NCBI GenBank assembly: GCA_050331615.1
Contig: JBHJGR010000160.1
Coordinates: 6,482 to 70,481 of the forward strand
DNA length: 64,000 nt
Reading direction: 5' to 3'
From: Elainellaceae cyanobacterium
Lineage (GTDB): Bacteria > Cyanobacteriota > Cyanobacteriia > CAKZMO01
The notes below the pieces were generated by a model, which made no database searches, was not told where the DNA came from, and worked only from the letters and a program-made list of their open reading frames with translations. The position numbers were made by a program, and so were the translations under genes. Shown here one piece after another: positions 20,653 to 30,345 of this stretch; positions within the stretch are counted from its first letter, which is position 1; every line of letters starts with the position of its first letter.

Positions 20653-20671
20653 AAAATCTCCTTAGGGCAGG

Positions 20672-21166
20672 TTAGAGCAAAAATCTGGGCGGCGTCAGCC
20701 AAAAGAGATGGCTGTGGCCGACCGGTGAGCCATTCTCAGGCAGGGTGAGACCAATCACCCCCGCTTTTTTGAGCACCACACGTTCCCTCGCCTCTCCCCA
20801 TACGAGCTGTTCGGCCCAGTTTCCCAAGTCGGGCTGATGACCCACCAAGGCAAGCGTACCATCCCAGTATTCTGGTGTTTTCGTTAACCAAGCCAGCCAA
20901 TGATCCAACCCCCCATCAGGGGCTAGGTCAGCAGTGGTTTCCAGGCGATCGCCCAACCCCACATCCTGCAAAATCTCAGCGGTCTGCCGCGCCCGCACCA
21001 GGGGGCTGGAGAGGATGAGGTGGAAGCTCAGCTCTAGCTCCCGCAGCCGCTTAGCTACCCGGCGGGTTTTGTGCTGGCCCTCGTCAGTCAAGGGGCGGTC
21101 GCCATCGTTGGCGTAGGTGCCTCGTTCGGCAGCGATGCCGTGGCGGATGAGGTAGAGGGTGATCAT
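20672..21166 (-). CDS. Histidine phosphatase superfamily protein, SixA-like phosphohistidine phosphatase
   Basis: LYLIRHGIA catalytic RHG motif and about 165 aa. Start at ATG 21166. Confidence 0.65.
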   Translation of the reverse strand: MITLYLIRHGIAAERGTYANDGDRPLTDEGQHKTRRVAKRLRELELSFHLILSSPLVRARQTAEILQDVGLGDRLETTADLAPDGGLDHWLAWLTKTPEYWDGTLALVGHQPDLGNWAEQLVWGEARERVVLKKAGVIGLTLPENGSPVGHSHLFWLTPPRFLL

Positions 21167-21182
21167 AGGCGGGGACGGGGTT

Positions 21183-22106
21183 CTAGAGGGATTTGGGGGT
21201 GCGATCGCCAAACCGCAGCAGCAAAGCGATAGCAACGCTCACAGCCAGGATCAGCACCATGCTGAGGGCCGAGCCAAAGCCCCAGTTGCGGCTAGCACCG
21301 AGGAACTGATTGTAGATCAGGCGGGGGATGGTCATGCTGGAAGCACCCCCCAGCAGCTCGGGTACTACAAAATCGCCCATGCTGGTAATAAAGACCAGCA
21401 GACACCCCGCAGCAATGCCGGGCAAGGTCTGAGGCACGGTGATTTTCCAGAAGGTCTGCGGCGGCGTGGCCCCCAGGTCGGCGGAGGCTTCCAGGAGTCG
21501 CCGGTCGAGCCGCTCCAGGGAGGCGTAGAGAATCAGCACCATATAGGGCAGGAAGTTGTAGGTGAGGCCGATATAAACGGCCCCGCTACTGTTGAGCCAG
21601 GCTTGGGGCGGTAGGCCGACGCTGGTCAGCAGGGTGTTGAGGATGCCCGTGGGGCGGAGGATAGTAATCCAGGCGTAGGCCCGCAGTAGGGAGGAGGTCC
21701 ATAGCGGCAGCACAAACGCCACCAGCAGCAGGTTTTGCCATCGCTTAGGGGCCATCAGAGCAATCCAGTAGGCCACCGGGAACCCCAGCAGCAGACACAG
21801 GACAGTGGCCACGGCAGCGAATTGGAGCGATCGCCCCATCACCCGCAAATACACCGGCTCCAGAATGCGCAGGTAGTTGCCCCAGCCATAGTTGGCGATG
21901 GGGTCTTCGGGCCGCAGCCCCGGCACCAGGCTGAGCTGGAAAATCAGCACCGCCGGAATGACCAGCAGCAGCAGCAGCCACAGCCCTGACGGACTCAGCA
22001 GCACCAGGGGCTGCACCAGCCGCTGGAGACGAATTTTGAGGCCGGGGCGCTGGGGCGTTGGGGGCGGCTCGCTGAATGGTTCGCGGGTAGGAGAGGTACT
22101 GGTCAT
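21183..22106 (-). CDS. ABC transporter permease (PotB/PotC-type polyamine importer family)
   Basis: Six TM helices and an EAA-like loop (ASADLGATPPQTFWKITVP). Sits 17 bp upstream of the SixA-like gene on the same strand. Confidence 0.7.
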   Translation of the reverse strand: MTSTSPTREPFSEPPPTPQRPGLKIRLQRLVQPLVLLSPSGLWLLLLLVIPAVLIFQLSLVPGLRPEDPIANYGWGNYLRILEPVYLRVMGRSLQFAAVATVLCLLLGFPVAYWIALMAPKRWQNLLLVAFVLPLWTSSLLRAYAWITILRPTGILNTLLTSVGLPPQAWLNSSGAVYIGLTYNFLPYMVLILYASLERLDRRLLEASADLGATPPQTFWKITVPQTLPGIAAGCLLVFITSMGDFVVPELLGGASSMTIPRLIYNQFLGASRNWGFGSALSMVLILAVSVAIALLLRFGDRTPKSL

Positions 22107-22124
22107 GGCAGGTGGGAGTCAAGC

Positions 22125-23606
22125 TCACTCGTTCATATTTTTGTAGGTGGCCACCGCCGAGGGCGAGATGCGGTTCAGGTAGCGGAAAATCCAGTACTTG
22201 AAGACTGTGTCGAGAATCACCGGAAAAGTAGCGATAAACAGAAAGATGAAGTCGCGGTTGGCCGGTAGGCCCAGGTGGCGGGAGATGCCTTCTAGAATGA
22301 CTTCCCAGCCGTGGGGTGAGTGGAAGCCGACGAACGTATCGGTGAATAGGATGATAATAAAGGCTTTGGCGCTGTCGCTGAGGCCATAAATCAGCTCATC
22401 AATAAATGCCTTGAGGGTGGCGATTTCCCGCTGGCTGCTGGACAGGACCCCCACAAAGGCCAGAACGGACAGAATATCGGCAAAGACGTTTTTAATCGCA
22501 TCAGAGCTGCGCCTCTGGTACACCAGCTCCACTTCTGCCGCTTTCTCCTGAATGCGAGCTTCTATTTCTTCCTCAGAAAGGGGCGGCGTTTTGCCGATTA
22601 AAATCTCGAAGCGGAGGCGCTCGTCAAAGCGCTGCAGCTCGTGGAGGGCTTCTTCCTCCATTTCAATGTTGAGGAAGGCATTGGCGTCAATGTCGGCGCG
22701 GAAGTGATCGACGATTGGGCCAACCACAAAGTTTTTCGACACCTGCTGGGTCAGCAACGGAATGATGATCAGCAGCAGGATAAACCGTAGGGAGATGATG
22801 GTGCGGGTTTTGGAGTCGCGGAAGTTTTCCACCACCTCCCGCTCGGCTTTGGGGTCGAGCTCTCGCTTGATCCGGTCTACCGTGCGCAGAATCGAGCGGG
22901 GCAAGACGCCCGTCTTATCAGCAAATGACTCGGAATCGCTGCGGTTGGGCGATCGCCCTGATTTTCCCCGCTCCAGGGCAGCCCGCGACGTACTGGGTTC
23001 ATCAACGGCTGCTCCCGATTCTTCTCGGGGCATCCGCCGCACAGGGACGCTACGCCCATCGGGGGGAAGGGGCTGACTCGGTGTGGTGCGAGCAAACGCG
23101 ATCGCCCCGTCGCCAATCCCGTTGCGCCGTCGCATGAAGGAGTCGGGGGATTGGCGGCTGAGGGCGGTCTGCTCCGGGGGGGCAGGGCGATATCGCACCA
23201 GCACTTCGTCAATAAACTTCAGCTTGTTGAGAATGGCCCGGGGCGGATCGATCACGTCCACCGTGGGCACGTCAGGGGAACTGTCATCGATTCTGATTTC
23301 CGATGGTGTGCGCCCGGATAGATTCGTCACGCGAAAAATCGAGTTGCTGGCGTTAAACTCCGCTAGACGAACCTTGATAATATTCAAATATTTTTTTAGC
23401 TCGGCCTGAAAGTAGGTCTGCACGCTGCGGCTGTAGTTGCCGTATTCTGGCGTGATGCGCCCCCCATCGAAATGGGTATCCTCGATGGATTTAATTGTGA
23501 GTGCCGCTTCGTATGCCTCATCTAGCGCCCGCTCGGGCGTTCTCTGAAGCCACCGATTGGTGCGGCGAAATAACCCCTGGACAGCATTGAAAACGTTGGA
23601 ATTCAT
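22125..23606 (-). CDS. pxcA: Proton extrusion protein PxcA (CemA family)
   Basis: The C-terminus GFHSPHGWE...FPVILDTVFKYWIFRYLNRISPS is nearly identical to the chloroplast CemA signature. Start at ATG 23606. Confidence 0.8.
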   Translation of the reverse strand: MNSNVFNAVQGLFRRTNRWLQRTPERALDEAYEAALTIKSIEDTHFDGGRITPEYGNYSRSVQTYFQAELKKYLNIIKVRLAEFNASNSIFRVTNLSGRTPSEIRIDDSSPDVPTVDVIDPPRAILNKLKFIDEVLVRYRPAPPEQTALSRQSPDSFMRRRNGIGDGAIAFARTTPSQPLPPDGRSVPVRRMPREESGAAVDEPSTSRAALERGKSGRSPNRSDSESFADKTGVLPRSILRTVDRIKRELDPKAEREVVENFRDSKTRTIISLRFILLLIIIPLLTQQVSKNFVVGPIVDHFRADIDANAFLNIEMEEEALHELQRFDERLRFEILIGKTPPLSEEEIEARIQEKAAEVELVYQRRSSDAIKNVFADILSVLAFVGVLSSSQREIATLKAFIDELIYGLSDSAKAFIIILFTDTFVGFHSPHGWEVILEGISRHLGLPANRDFIFLFIATFPVILDTVFKYWIFRYLNRISPSAVATYKNMNE

Positions 23607-23804
23607 AATAGGTGGCGGAAGAATGCAACTGCCATGCGCTAGCAGAATCACGGTACCGGGCCAGAATGAGGCAGATATGAACCCGACGTTAAGGACGCGG
23701 AAACCCTACGGCAGGGACGCTGATGGCTGCGAACGGTCGATGCGTCACGTCGCAGAGCGTTTCAGACGGTCTCGGTTTCAAGGATGCCGTACAAGTCATG
23801 CTGT

Positions 23805-23898
23805 ATAGCCCTGCGGGCTAAGGTTTGAGTGTGGAACCTCCGCGCCGCGGGGGTTCCACACCTTTTGAATGTCCTAATGTAAAAGCGTAAAGCTATAT
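23805..23898 (+). repeat. R1 repeat, copy 3
   Basis: ATAGCCCTGCGGGCTAAGGTTTGAGTGTGGAACCTCCGCGCCGCGGGGGTTCCACACCTTTTGAATGTCCTAATGTAAAAGCGTAAAGCTATAT. Confidence 0.85.
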
Positions 23899-23910
23899 CA
23901 TATCAAATCT

Positions 23911-26118
23911 ATGACGACTGACCTCGGGCCATCGACTTGGCCATCGACCTGGATTGAAGGGGCCACCCGGAGTGGCAAGACCCAGCAGCTCATTCAGCAG
24001 TTTTGCGACTGGGTCGGCCCTGCGGCAGACGCTGCCCACCCGCTGCGGGATCACGTGGGGGAGCGCGGCCAGCGGGGCATGCTGGTGTTTGCCGCCAATG
24101 GGGACAACCGCATCGAGCTGGCAGACCGGCTGGTAACAGCCATCGGCGGACGCTATCCCTTTGATTCGACCACGCCCCTGGGCTTTTTTCAGGACGAAGT
24201 ATTGCTGTTTTGGCCACTGGTCGCCCAGCAGCTTGACCTCAGCGTCCAGTTTCCCATCCGTCTGCGTCCCGAAACTGAGCAGGAGCTAGCCACCCGCCTC
24301 TGGCAGGCCGAGCTAGACAGCGGACAACTGCAGCAGGAGGGCGTGCGGGACTACTATATGGTGCGGCGGACGCTTGATTTGTACCAACTGGCGGCCAGTG
24401 CCGGGGTTCCTGTAGAAGAAGTTCCCGCCCGTCTGCACACCGGTTTGACGCCATCCGGCGAAACCAATGCCCTGTGGGACTGCATGGGGGGGCTGGTGCT
24501 GCGGTGGCGTACCTGGTGCCTAGAGCGGGGACTGCTGACCTATGGCATCCTCTCCGAGCTGTACTGGCGTTACTTGCTGCCCCATCCTACCTATCAGCAG
24601 CGGCTGGGCGATCGCTACCAGGCCATTTTCGCCGACGACGGAGACGAATACCCGGCGATCGCCACCCAGCTCTTTCACCAGTGCCTAGATTTGGGGCTCC
24701 CCGGCGTGTTTACCTTCAACCCAGAGGGGGCCATGCGCCTGGGGCTAGGGGCCGACCCGGATGTCTTTGCTTCCCTGCGGGATCGCTGTCCTCAACAGGT
24801 TCTTCTCACCCCTGCCCCCGACAGCAGTCTAGGGGCTGCCTGGGGCGATCAGGTGTGGGAATGGGTCAAAGCGCCGCTGGTGATGCCGGAACTGCCCGCC
24901 TCGGTGCACGCGATTCAAACCATCTCTCGGGCAGAACTGCTGCGGACAACGGCGGCGGTGATCCAGCAGGCGATCGCCTCGGGTCAGGTAGAACCCCAGG
25001 ATGTGGCCATCATCGGGCCAGGGCTGGATGCGATCGCCCGCTATACCCTGCGCAACATTCTGGCGGCTCAGGGAATCCCGGTGGAGTCGGTCAGCGACCA
25101 GCAGCCCATCGTTAGCTCTCCCCTAGTGCGGGCGCTGCTCAGCCTGATGGCGCTGATCTATCCGGGGCTGGGGCGGCTAGTGGAGCGGGAGGCGATCGCC
25201 GAAATGCTGGTGATGCTTAGCCGCCGGACCCAGGCGACGATTCTTTCCCAAGAAGGGGCTGTTTCTCAAGCAGAGGGAGGGGCGATCGCCCCCGAGGAGA
25301 TGCCTATCGATCCCGTCCGGGCTGGACTGATCGTCGATCACTGCTTCATCCCAGACCCCGCTCACCCCGACCTGCGCCCGGTGACCGCCTTTCCCCGCTG
25401 GGATCGGCTGGGCTACGCCACCACCCAAGCCTATGATGACATCCGCCAGTGGATTGAGGCGCAGAAGCTCCAGCAACAGCAGCGTCTGTTGCTCAACCCG
25501 CTGACGCTGCTAGATCGGGCCATTCAAAAATTTTTTCTAGGCAGTGCCGCCCTCCGTGCCGATGAGCTGGCTGTGGTGCGAGAGCTAATGGAAACCGCTC
25601 AGCACTACTGGGAAGTGGATGCACGACTACGCCAGGCCGCCCTCGCTGAGAATGCCGCCGTCCCGAGTGATTCGACCGCTGCCACGGTGGGACGCTTCAT
25701 CCAGCTCCTGCGCAGCGGCACCATTACCGCCGATCCATACCCGGTGCGGCCTCTAGAGGGCAGTCCTCAGGCGGTGACCCTGGCGACGATTTTTCAGTAT
25801 CGCGCTAATCGCCTGGCTCACCCCTGGCAGTTCTGGCTGGATGCTGGCTCGCCCCTCTGGCTCACCGGCGGTGGCTATTTGTTTGGGGCACCGCTGTTTC
25901 TTCAGCGGTGGTCGGGCCAGCCCTGGACTGCCGCCGATACCCTCCAGGCCAATGACGACCGGCTGCGGCGCAACTTAGTAGATTTACTGGGGCGGGTGAC
26001 GGACCAGATCTACTGGTGTCACAGCGATTTGGCCACTACCGGGCAGGAGCAGGCCGGTCCGCTGATTTCTCTGGTGCATGCCGTCCGCCTGGAAGAAAAA
26101 GATTCTTTACGGGCGTGA
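23911..26118 (+). CDS. Conserved hypothetical P-loop protein, divergent UvrD/AddA-like helicase-related
   Basis: Walker A-like GATRSGKT near the N-terminus and a degenerate motif-II-like IFADDGDEY; 735 aa with no other recognisable signature. Confidence 0.35.
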   Translation: MTTDLGPSTWPSTWIEGATRSGKTQQLIQQFCDWVGPAADAAHPLRDHVGERGQRGMLVFAANGDNRIELADRLVTAIGGRYPFDSTTPLGFFQDEVLLFWPLVAQQLDLSVQFPIRLRPETEQELATRLWQAELDSGQLQQEGVRDYYMVRRTLDLYQLAASAGVPVEEVPARLHTGLTPSGETNALWDCMGGLVLRWRTWCLERGLLTYGILSELYWRYLLPHPTYQQRLGDRYQAIFADDGDEYPAIATQLFHQCLDLGLPGVFTFNPEGAMRLGLGADPDVFASLRDRCPQQVLLTPAPDSSLGAAWGDQVWEWVKAPLVMPELPASVHAIQTISRAELLRTTAAVIQQAIASGQVEPQDVAIIGPGLDAIARYTLRNILAAQGIPVESVSDQQPIVSSPLVRALLSLMALIYPGLGRLVEREAIAEMLVMLSRRTQATILSQEGAVSQAEGGAIAPEEMPIDPVRAGLIVDHCFIPDPAHPDLRPVTAFPRWDRLGYATTQAYDDIRQWIEAQKLQQQQRLLLNPLTLLDRAIQKFFLGSAALRADELAVVRELMETAQHYWEVDARLRQAALAENAAVPSDSTAATVGRFIQLLRSGTITADPYPVRPLEGSPQAVTLATIFQYRANRLAHPWQFWLDAGSPLWLTGGGYLFGAPLFLQRWSGQPWTAADTLQANDDRLRRNLVDLLGRVTDQIYWCHSDLATTGQEQAGPLISLVHAVRLEEKDSLRA

Positions 26119-26150
26119 TTGTCCTGCTTGTATAATCACCACAACGACGT

Positions 26151-26651
26151 TTGCATCCACCTGTGATTGCCATCTATCCCGGTAGCTTTGATCCCATTAC
26201 TCTCGGGCACCTCGACATTATTGAGCGGGGCTGTCAGCTATTTGAGTGCGTGGTTGTGGCCGTGCTCAGCAACCCCAATAAGTCTCCTCTGTTTACCGTG
26301 CAGCAGCGCATTGAGCATATTCGCCAGTCCACAAAGCATCTCCCCAACGTGGAAATTGATAGCTTCGGCGGGCTCACGGTAACCTATGCCAAGGTGCGAG
26401 CTGCGCGGGTGCTGCTGCGCGGGCTGCGGGCTGTTTCCGATTTCGAAATGGAGCTGCAAATGGCCCATACCAATAAGACCCTCGCAGACGACATCGAGAC
26501 AGTCTTTTTAGCAACCTCCAACGAATACAGCTTTTTGAGCAGTAGTGTCGTTAAGGAAATTGCTAAATTTGGCGGCCCGGTGGATCACCTCGTGCCGCCC
26601 CCCGTTGCCCTGGAGATTCGTCAATGCTACGCCGAGACCCCGATCCGATGA
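26151..26651 (+). CDS. coaD: Phosphopantetheine adenylyltransferase
   Basis: [22 protein letters not shown] (the H/T-x-G-H nucleotidyltransferase motif), about 165 aa. Confidence 0.9.
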   Translation: MHPPVIAIYPGSFDPITLGHLDIIERGCQLFECVVVAVLSNPNKSPLFTVQQRIEHIRQSTKHLPNVEIDSFGGLTVTYAKVRAARVLLRGLRAVSDFEMELQMAHTNKTLADDIETVFLATSNEYSFLSSSVVKEIAKFGGPVDHLVPPPVALEIRQCYAETPIR

Positions 26652-27367
26652 CGCTCACGTCCAGTCCTCTGACCTTACCCAGTGAACCCGTGAAAAATGG
26701 CCTCCCCCATCCAGATGCGTCGTCCCCTGAAGGCATGGATATTCAGCGGGAACTGAGCCGAATGGAAGAGATGATCCTGGACAGTCCGCGCATTCCCCTC
26801 AGTCGCCGCACCCTCATTGACGAAGAGCAGGTGCTGGACCAGCTAGAGCTCATTCAACTGGCGCTGCCGACGGCCTTTCAGGAGGCGCTAAACGTGATTC
26901 GTCAGAAAGAGGCCATTCTGCTGGAGGCCGAGCAGTATGCCCAAGACATCGTCGAGGCGGCGGAGCGGCGGGCAGCCCAGATTCTCGACGAAATGGGGCT
27001 CATGCGGCAGGCGGAGATCGAAATCGCCCAGGCCCGCCAGCAGGTGCAGCAGGAATGTGAGGCGATGCGAGATCAGGTGCAGGCAGAAATTGATCAGATG
27101 CAGCGACAGGCCCAGCACGACCTGGAGGAAATGCGGCAAATGGCGATCGCCGAATGCCAGGACGTGGAGCGGGGAGCCGACGCCTATGCCGATCGGGTCT
27201 TGGGGGACATGGAGCGGCAGCTCAATGAAATGATGCGAGTCATCCGGAACGGGCGACAGCAGCTCCGGCCAGAACCGCCCCCCAGCCACCTGTCACCCCA
27301 ACGCCCCGGTGACTTTAGCGGGGGACGACCCTACCCGTCTGCGCGACCGGGCGATCGCCACCGCTAG
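26648..27367 (+). CDS. Coiled-coil protein of unknown function (Q/E/A/R-rich)
   Basis: Its ATG overlaps the coaD stop codon (ATGA). Long predicted heptad-rich helix ([23 protein letters not shown]...). Confidence 0.45.
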   Translation: MTLTSSPLTLPSEPVKNGLPHPDASSPEGMDIQRELSRMEEMILDSPRIPLSRRTLIDEEQVLDQLELIQLALPTAFQEALNVIRQKEAILLEAEQYAQDIVEAAERRAAQILDEMGLMRQAEIEIAQARQQVQQECEAMRDQVQAEIDQMQRQAQHDLEEMRQMAIAECQDVERGADAYADRVLGDMERQLNEMMRVIRNGRQQLRPEPPPSHLSPQRPGDFSGGRPYPSARPGDRHR

Positions 27368-27493
27368 CCTGGATTATTCATCAAATAGGGTGGGCACCGC
27401 TCATCTAAACCCTACAGGCCAGACAGAGCCTAAAATCCCGATAGAGGCTGTAGGGTGCGCCATCGCATCGCGTGACGCACCGATAAACCTAAC

Positions 27494-28651
27494 CTAACCG
27501 CTCACCAGCTCAGTCCAGTAGTTTTCGTACAGCTCAGCGGCTTCTCCTACCGGGGCAATGCCCTCACAGTTGGCCAGCACCTCTTCTGGAGGAAAGAGGT
27601 CAGCATTTTCTTTGAGCTGGTTGGGCAGCATTTCGTACGCTTCTTTATTAGGCGTGGCGAAGTAGAGGGTTTCCACTGCCAGCTTGGAGACTTCAGGATC
27701 AAGAATAAAGTTCATCCAGGCGTAGGCTGCTTCAGGGTTAGGAGCGGTTTCGGGAATGACCATTGTATCCGTCCAGAGGGAAGAGCCGCTGCTGGGGACG
27801 ATGTACTCCAGGTCTTCATCCTCCAGGGTGGCGGCGATCGCATCTACCGAATAGCTCATCACCAGCAGCAGGTCGCCCCCCAGAAGCTGATCTTCCCAAC
27901 CAAAGGACTGGAAGTCGGCGATCGCCGGCTTCAGCTCCACCAGCCGCTGATAGGCAGCCTCAATTTCGGCGGGGTCGGTGGAATTATATGAGTAGCCCAG
28001 GGAGCGCAGCACGGCCCCCATCGTTTCCCGCACATCGTCTAGGAGGGTAATGCGGTTGGCAATCTGGTCGGTTTCTTCCCAAAGATAGTCCCAATCGGCA
28101 GGGGCTGGTTCCAGCACGGCTTTGTTATACAGCAGGCCCGTGGTGCCCCAGCTATAGGGAACACTATGCTTGTTGTCTGGGTCATAGACTGGGCTTTGCC
28201 ACTTGCTATACATCTGGTCTAGCCCCTGGAGCTGCGACCGGTCTAGCGGCATGAGCAGACCTAGCTCGACCATCTGCTGCACCATATAATCGGAGGGATA
28301 GAGGATGCTATAGGCACTGCCCCCGCCTGCCTGCATCCGCGCTAGCATGACTTCGTTCGACTCGTAGATGTCCACCACCACCTGGTAGCCAGTCCGCTCG
28401 GTGAAGAGGTTGGTCAGCTCATCGTTGGTATAGTCCGCCCAGGTGTAGATGTGCAGCGTCCCCGCATCCGGCGCTGCCGCGACATTATCCTCGCCGCCCC
28501 CTTGTGAGGGTTGGACATCAGCCAATTGACTCCGGCAATTTGACAGTGCGATCCCAGACAGAGCCGCCGCAGACGCTTGGAGAAATCTCCGGCGGGTGGG
28601 CGTGAATCGACGTGGCGATCGCCCCAAGTGCAGTCGAGAATTTTGTTTCAT
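27494..28651 (-). CDS. Polyamine (spermidine/putrescine)-type ABC transporter periplasmic substrate-binding protein, PotD-like, with Tat-type signal peptide
   Basis: [20 protein letters not shown] twin-arginine signal, and a PotD/PotF-like SBP fold (IYTWADYTNDEL..). Confidence 0.65.
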   Translation of the reverse strand: MKQNSRLHLGRSPRRFTPTRRRFLQASAAALSGIALSNCRSQLADVQPSQGGGEDNVAAAPDAGTLHIYTWADYTNDELTNLFTERTGYQVVVDIYESNEVMLARMQAGGGSAYSILYPSDYMVQQMVELGLLMPLDRSQLQGLDQMYSKWQSPVYDPDNKHSVPYSWGTTGLLYNKAVLEPAPADWDYLWEETDQIANRITLLDDVRETMGAVLRSLGYSYNSTDPAEIEAAYQRLVELKPAIADFQSFGWEDQLLGGDLLLVMSYSVDAIAATLEDEDLEYIVPSSGSSLWTDTMVIPETAPNPEAAYAWMNFILDPEVSKLAVETLYFATPNKEAYEMLPNQLKENADLFPPEEVLANCEGIAPVGEAAELYENYWTELVSG

Positions 28652-28971
28652 GGTGTCAGGACGCTCTCCCAGGCTAATAAAACAGCAGTGACCAGAACCA
28701 AGATTTCGATTGTAGCTAAGGGTGGGGAAGGTACGGCCATCGCCGATTTAAGCAGGACAGAAGGTCGTCCGGCTTTGCATTAGCCGTTTCGATGTCCTAA
28801 AAATCTGCGCGATCGCGACTAACCCAGCACCATCATGCGGCAAAACTGAGAGTAGATCCAGCAAATCGCGATTTTTTAGCCGCAGCGGACCCTCGCTTGA
28901 GTTCTGGCTTGGCGTGGCTTCGTCCCATCGGCATCAATCCATCGGCATCAACCCACCTGCATCGACCCACT

Positions 28972-30345
28972 ATGAGTCCTATGTCATCCCACTGTTCCCT
29001 CCGCCAGGAAATTGCTGAATGCCTCCACCTCTCCCTACCTCTGGCAGGAGCACAGTTGGCCTTTGCGGCCACGGGATTCGTCGATACGGTGATGATGGGT
29101 GGCTTAGGCAGCGATTATTTGGCAGCGGGTGGCCTGGGGGCGACCACGTTCACCTCCCTGCTGGTGGTGGGCACGGGGGTGGTGTCAGCCGTCAGTCCCT
29201 TCATCGCGGAGGCATACGGTGCCCAGCAGGCTGACCGCGCCGGACGGATGATGGACCAGGGCATCTGGCTGGCGATCGCCGTGGCGCTGCCGATCACGAT
29301 CCTGTTGGGGAATGCCGCCCCGGTGCTGCGGCTCCTGGGCCAGGAGGAGACGGTGGTGCGACTGGCGGCCCAATACCTGCGGGCGATCGCCTGGGGCTAT
29401 CTGCCGGGGCTGCTGTTTGTGGTGCTGCGGAGCTTTGTTACTGCCCTGTCCCAGCCCCGGCCAGTGATTCTGATCATGGGGTTGGGCGTTGGTCTTAACG
29501 CGATCGCCAACTATATTTTGATGTACGGCAAGCTGGGACTACCGGCTCTGGGGCTGGTAGGCATCGGCTGGTCGAGCACCCTGGTGTACTGGAGCATGGG
29601 TTTTGCCCTGGTGGTTTATGTGATGCGTCAGCCCCAGTATGCGGTCTATCGTCCGTTTCGGACTGTTCATCGCTTCCAGGGGCGGCTGTTTGGGGAGCTG
29701 ATAGCGGTGGGTCTACCCATTGGGATTCTGGCTACCTTTGAAACGGGGATGTTCAGCGTGGTGACGTTCATGGCAGGGCACCTGGGCACGACGGCCCTGG
29801 CTGCCCATCAAATTGCCCTGCAAACCATCGTCATTACTTTTATGGTGCCTTTGGGTATCTCTCAGGCCATGACGGTACGCGTCGGGCAGCTCGTTGGCCG
29901 ACAGCAGGAAAGTCAGGCTCGCCGAGCGGGATACGTAGGGCTGGCGCTGGGCTTAGCCTTCATGGGAAGCATGGCCACCGTAATGCTGGTCGCGCCCCAG
30001 CTCATTGTGGCCCTCTATCTGGACATAACCCTACCCGATAACCAGGATGTGGTGCGAGGGGCGATCGCTCTACTGGCCGTGGGCGGTATCTTTCAGCTAT
30101 TTGACGGGGCTCAGGTCGTTTCTGCCGGAGCCCTAAGGGGCCTAAAGGATACCCGCATCCCCATGGTGGTTGGCGTGGTGGCCTACTGGATCGTGGGGTT
30201 GCCCAGCGGCTACCTGGGCGGATTTGTGCTGGGTCTGGGGGGCGTGGGGCTGTGGTGCGGCCTGGCGATTGGGTTGGCGATCGCTGCCATTACCCTCACT
30301 TGGCGGTTCCACCGACTCCTGGCACCCAGGTTAGACGGGTATTAA
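28972..30345 (+). CDS. MATE-family efflux transporter (NorM/DinF-like)
   Basis: Twelve TM helices in two internal 6-TM repeats, with typical MATE motifs. Start at ATG 28972. Confidence 0.75.
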   Translation: MSPMSSHCSLRQEIAECLHLSLPLAGAQLAFAATGFVDTVMMGGLGSDYLAAGGLGATTFTSLLVVGTGVVSAVSPFIAEAYGAQQADRAGRMMDQGIWLAIAVALPITILLGNAAPVLRLLGQEETVVRLAAQYLRAIAWGYLPGLLFVVLRSFVTALSQPRPVILIMGLGVGLNAIANYILMYGKLGLPALGLVGIGWSSTLVYWSMGFALVVYVMRQPQYAVYRPFRTVHRFQGRLFGELIAVGLPIGILATFETGMFSVVTFMAGHLGTTALAAHQIALQTIVITFMVPLGISQAMTVRVGQLVGRQQESQARRAGYVGLALGLAFMGSMATVMLVAPQLIVALYLDITLPDNQDVVRGAIALLAVGGIFQLFDGAQVVSAGALRGLKDTRIPMVVGVVAYWIVGLPSGYLGGFVLGLGGVGLWCGLAIGLAIAAITLTWRFHRLLAPRLDGY

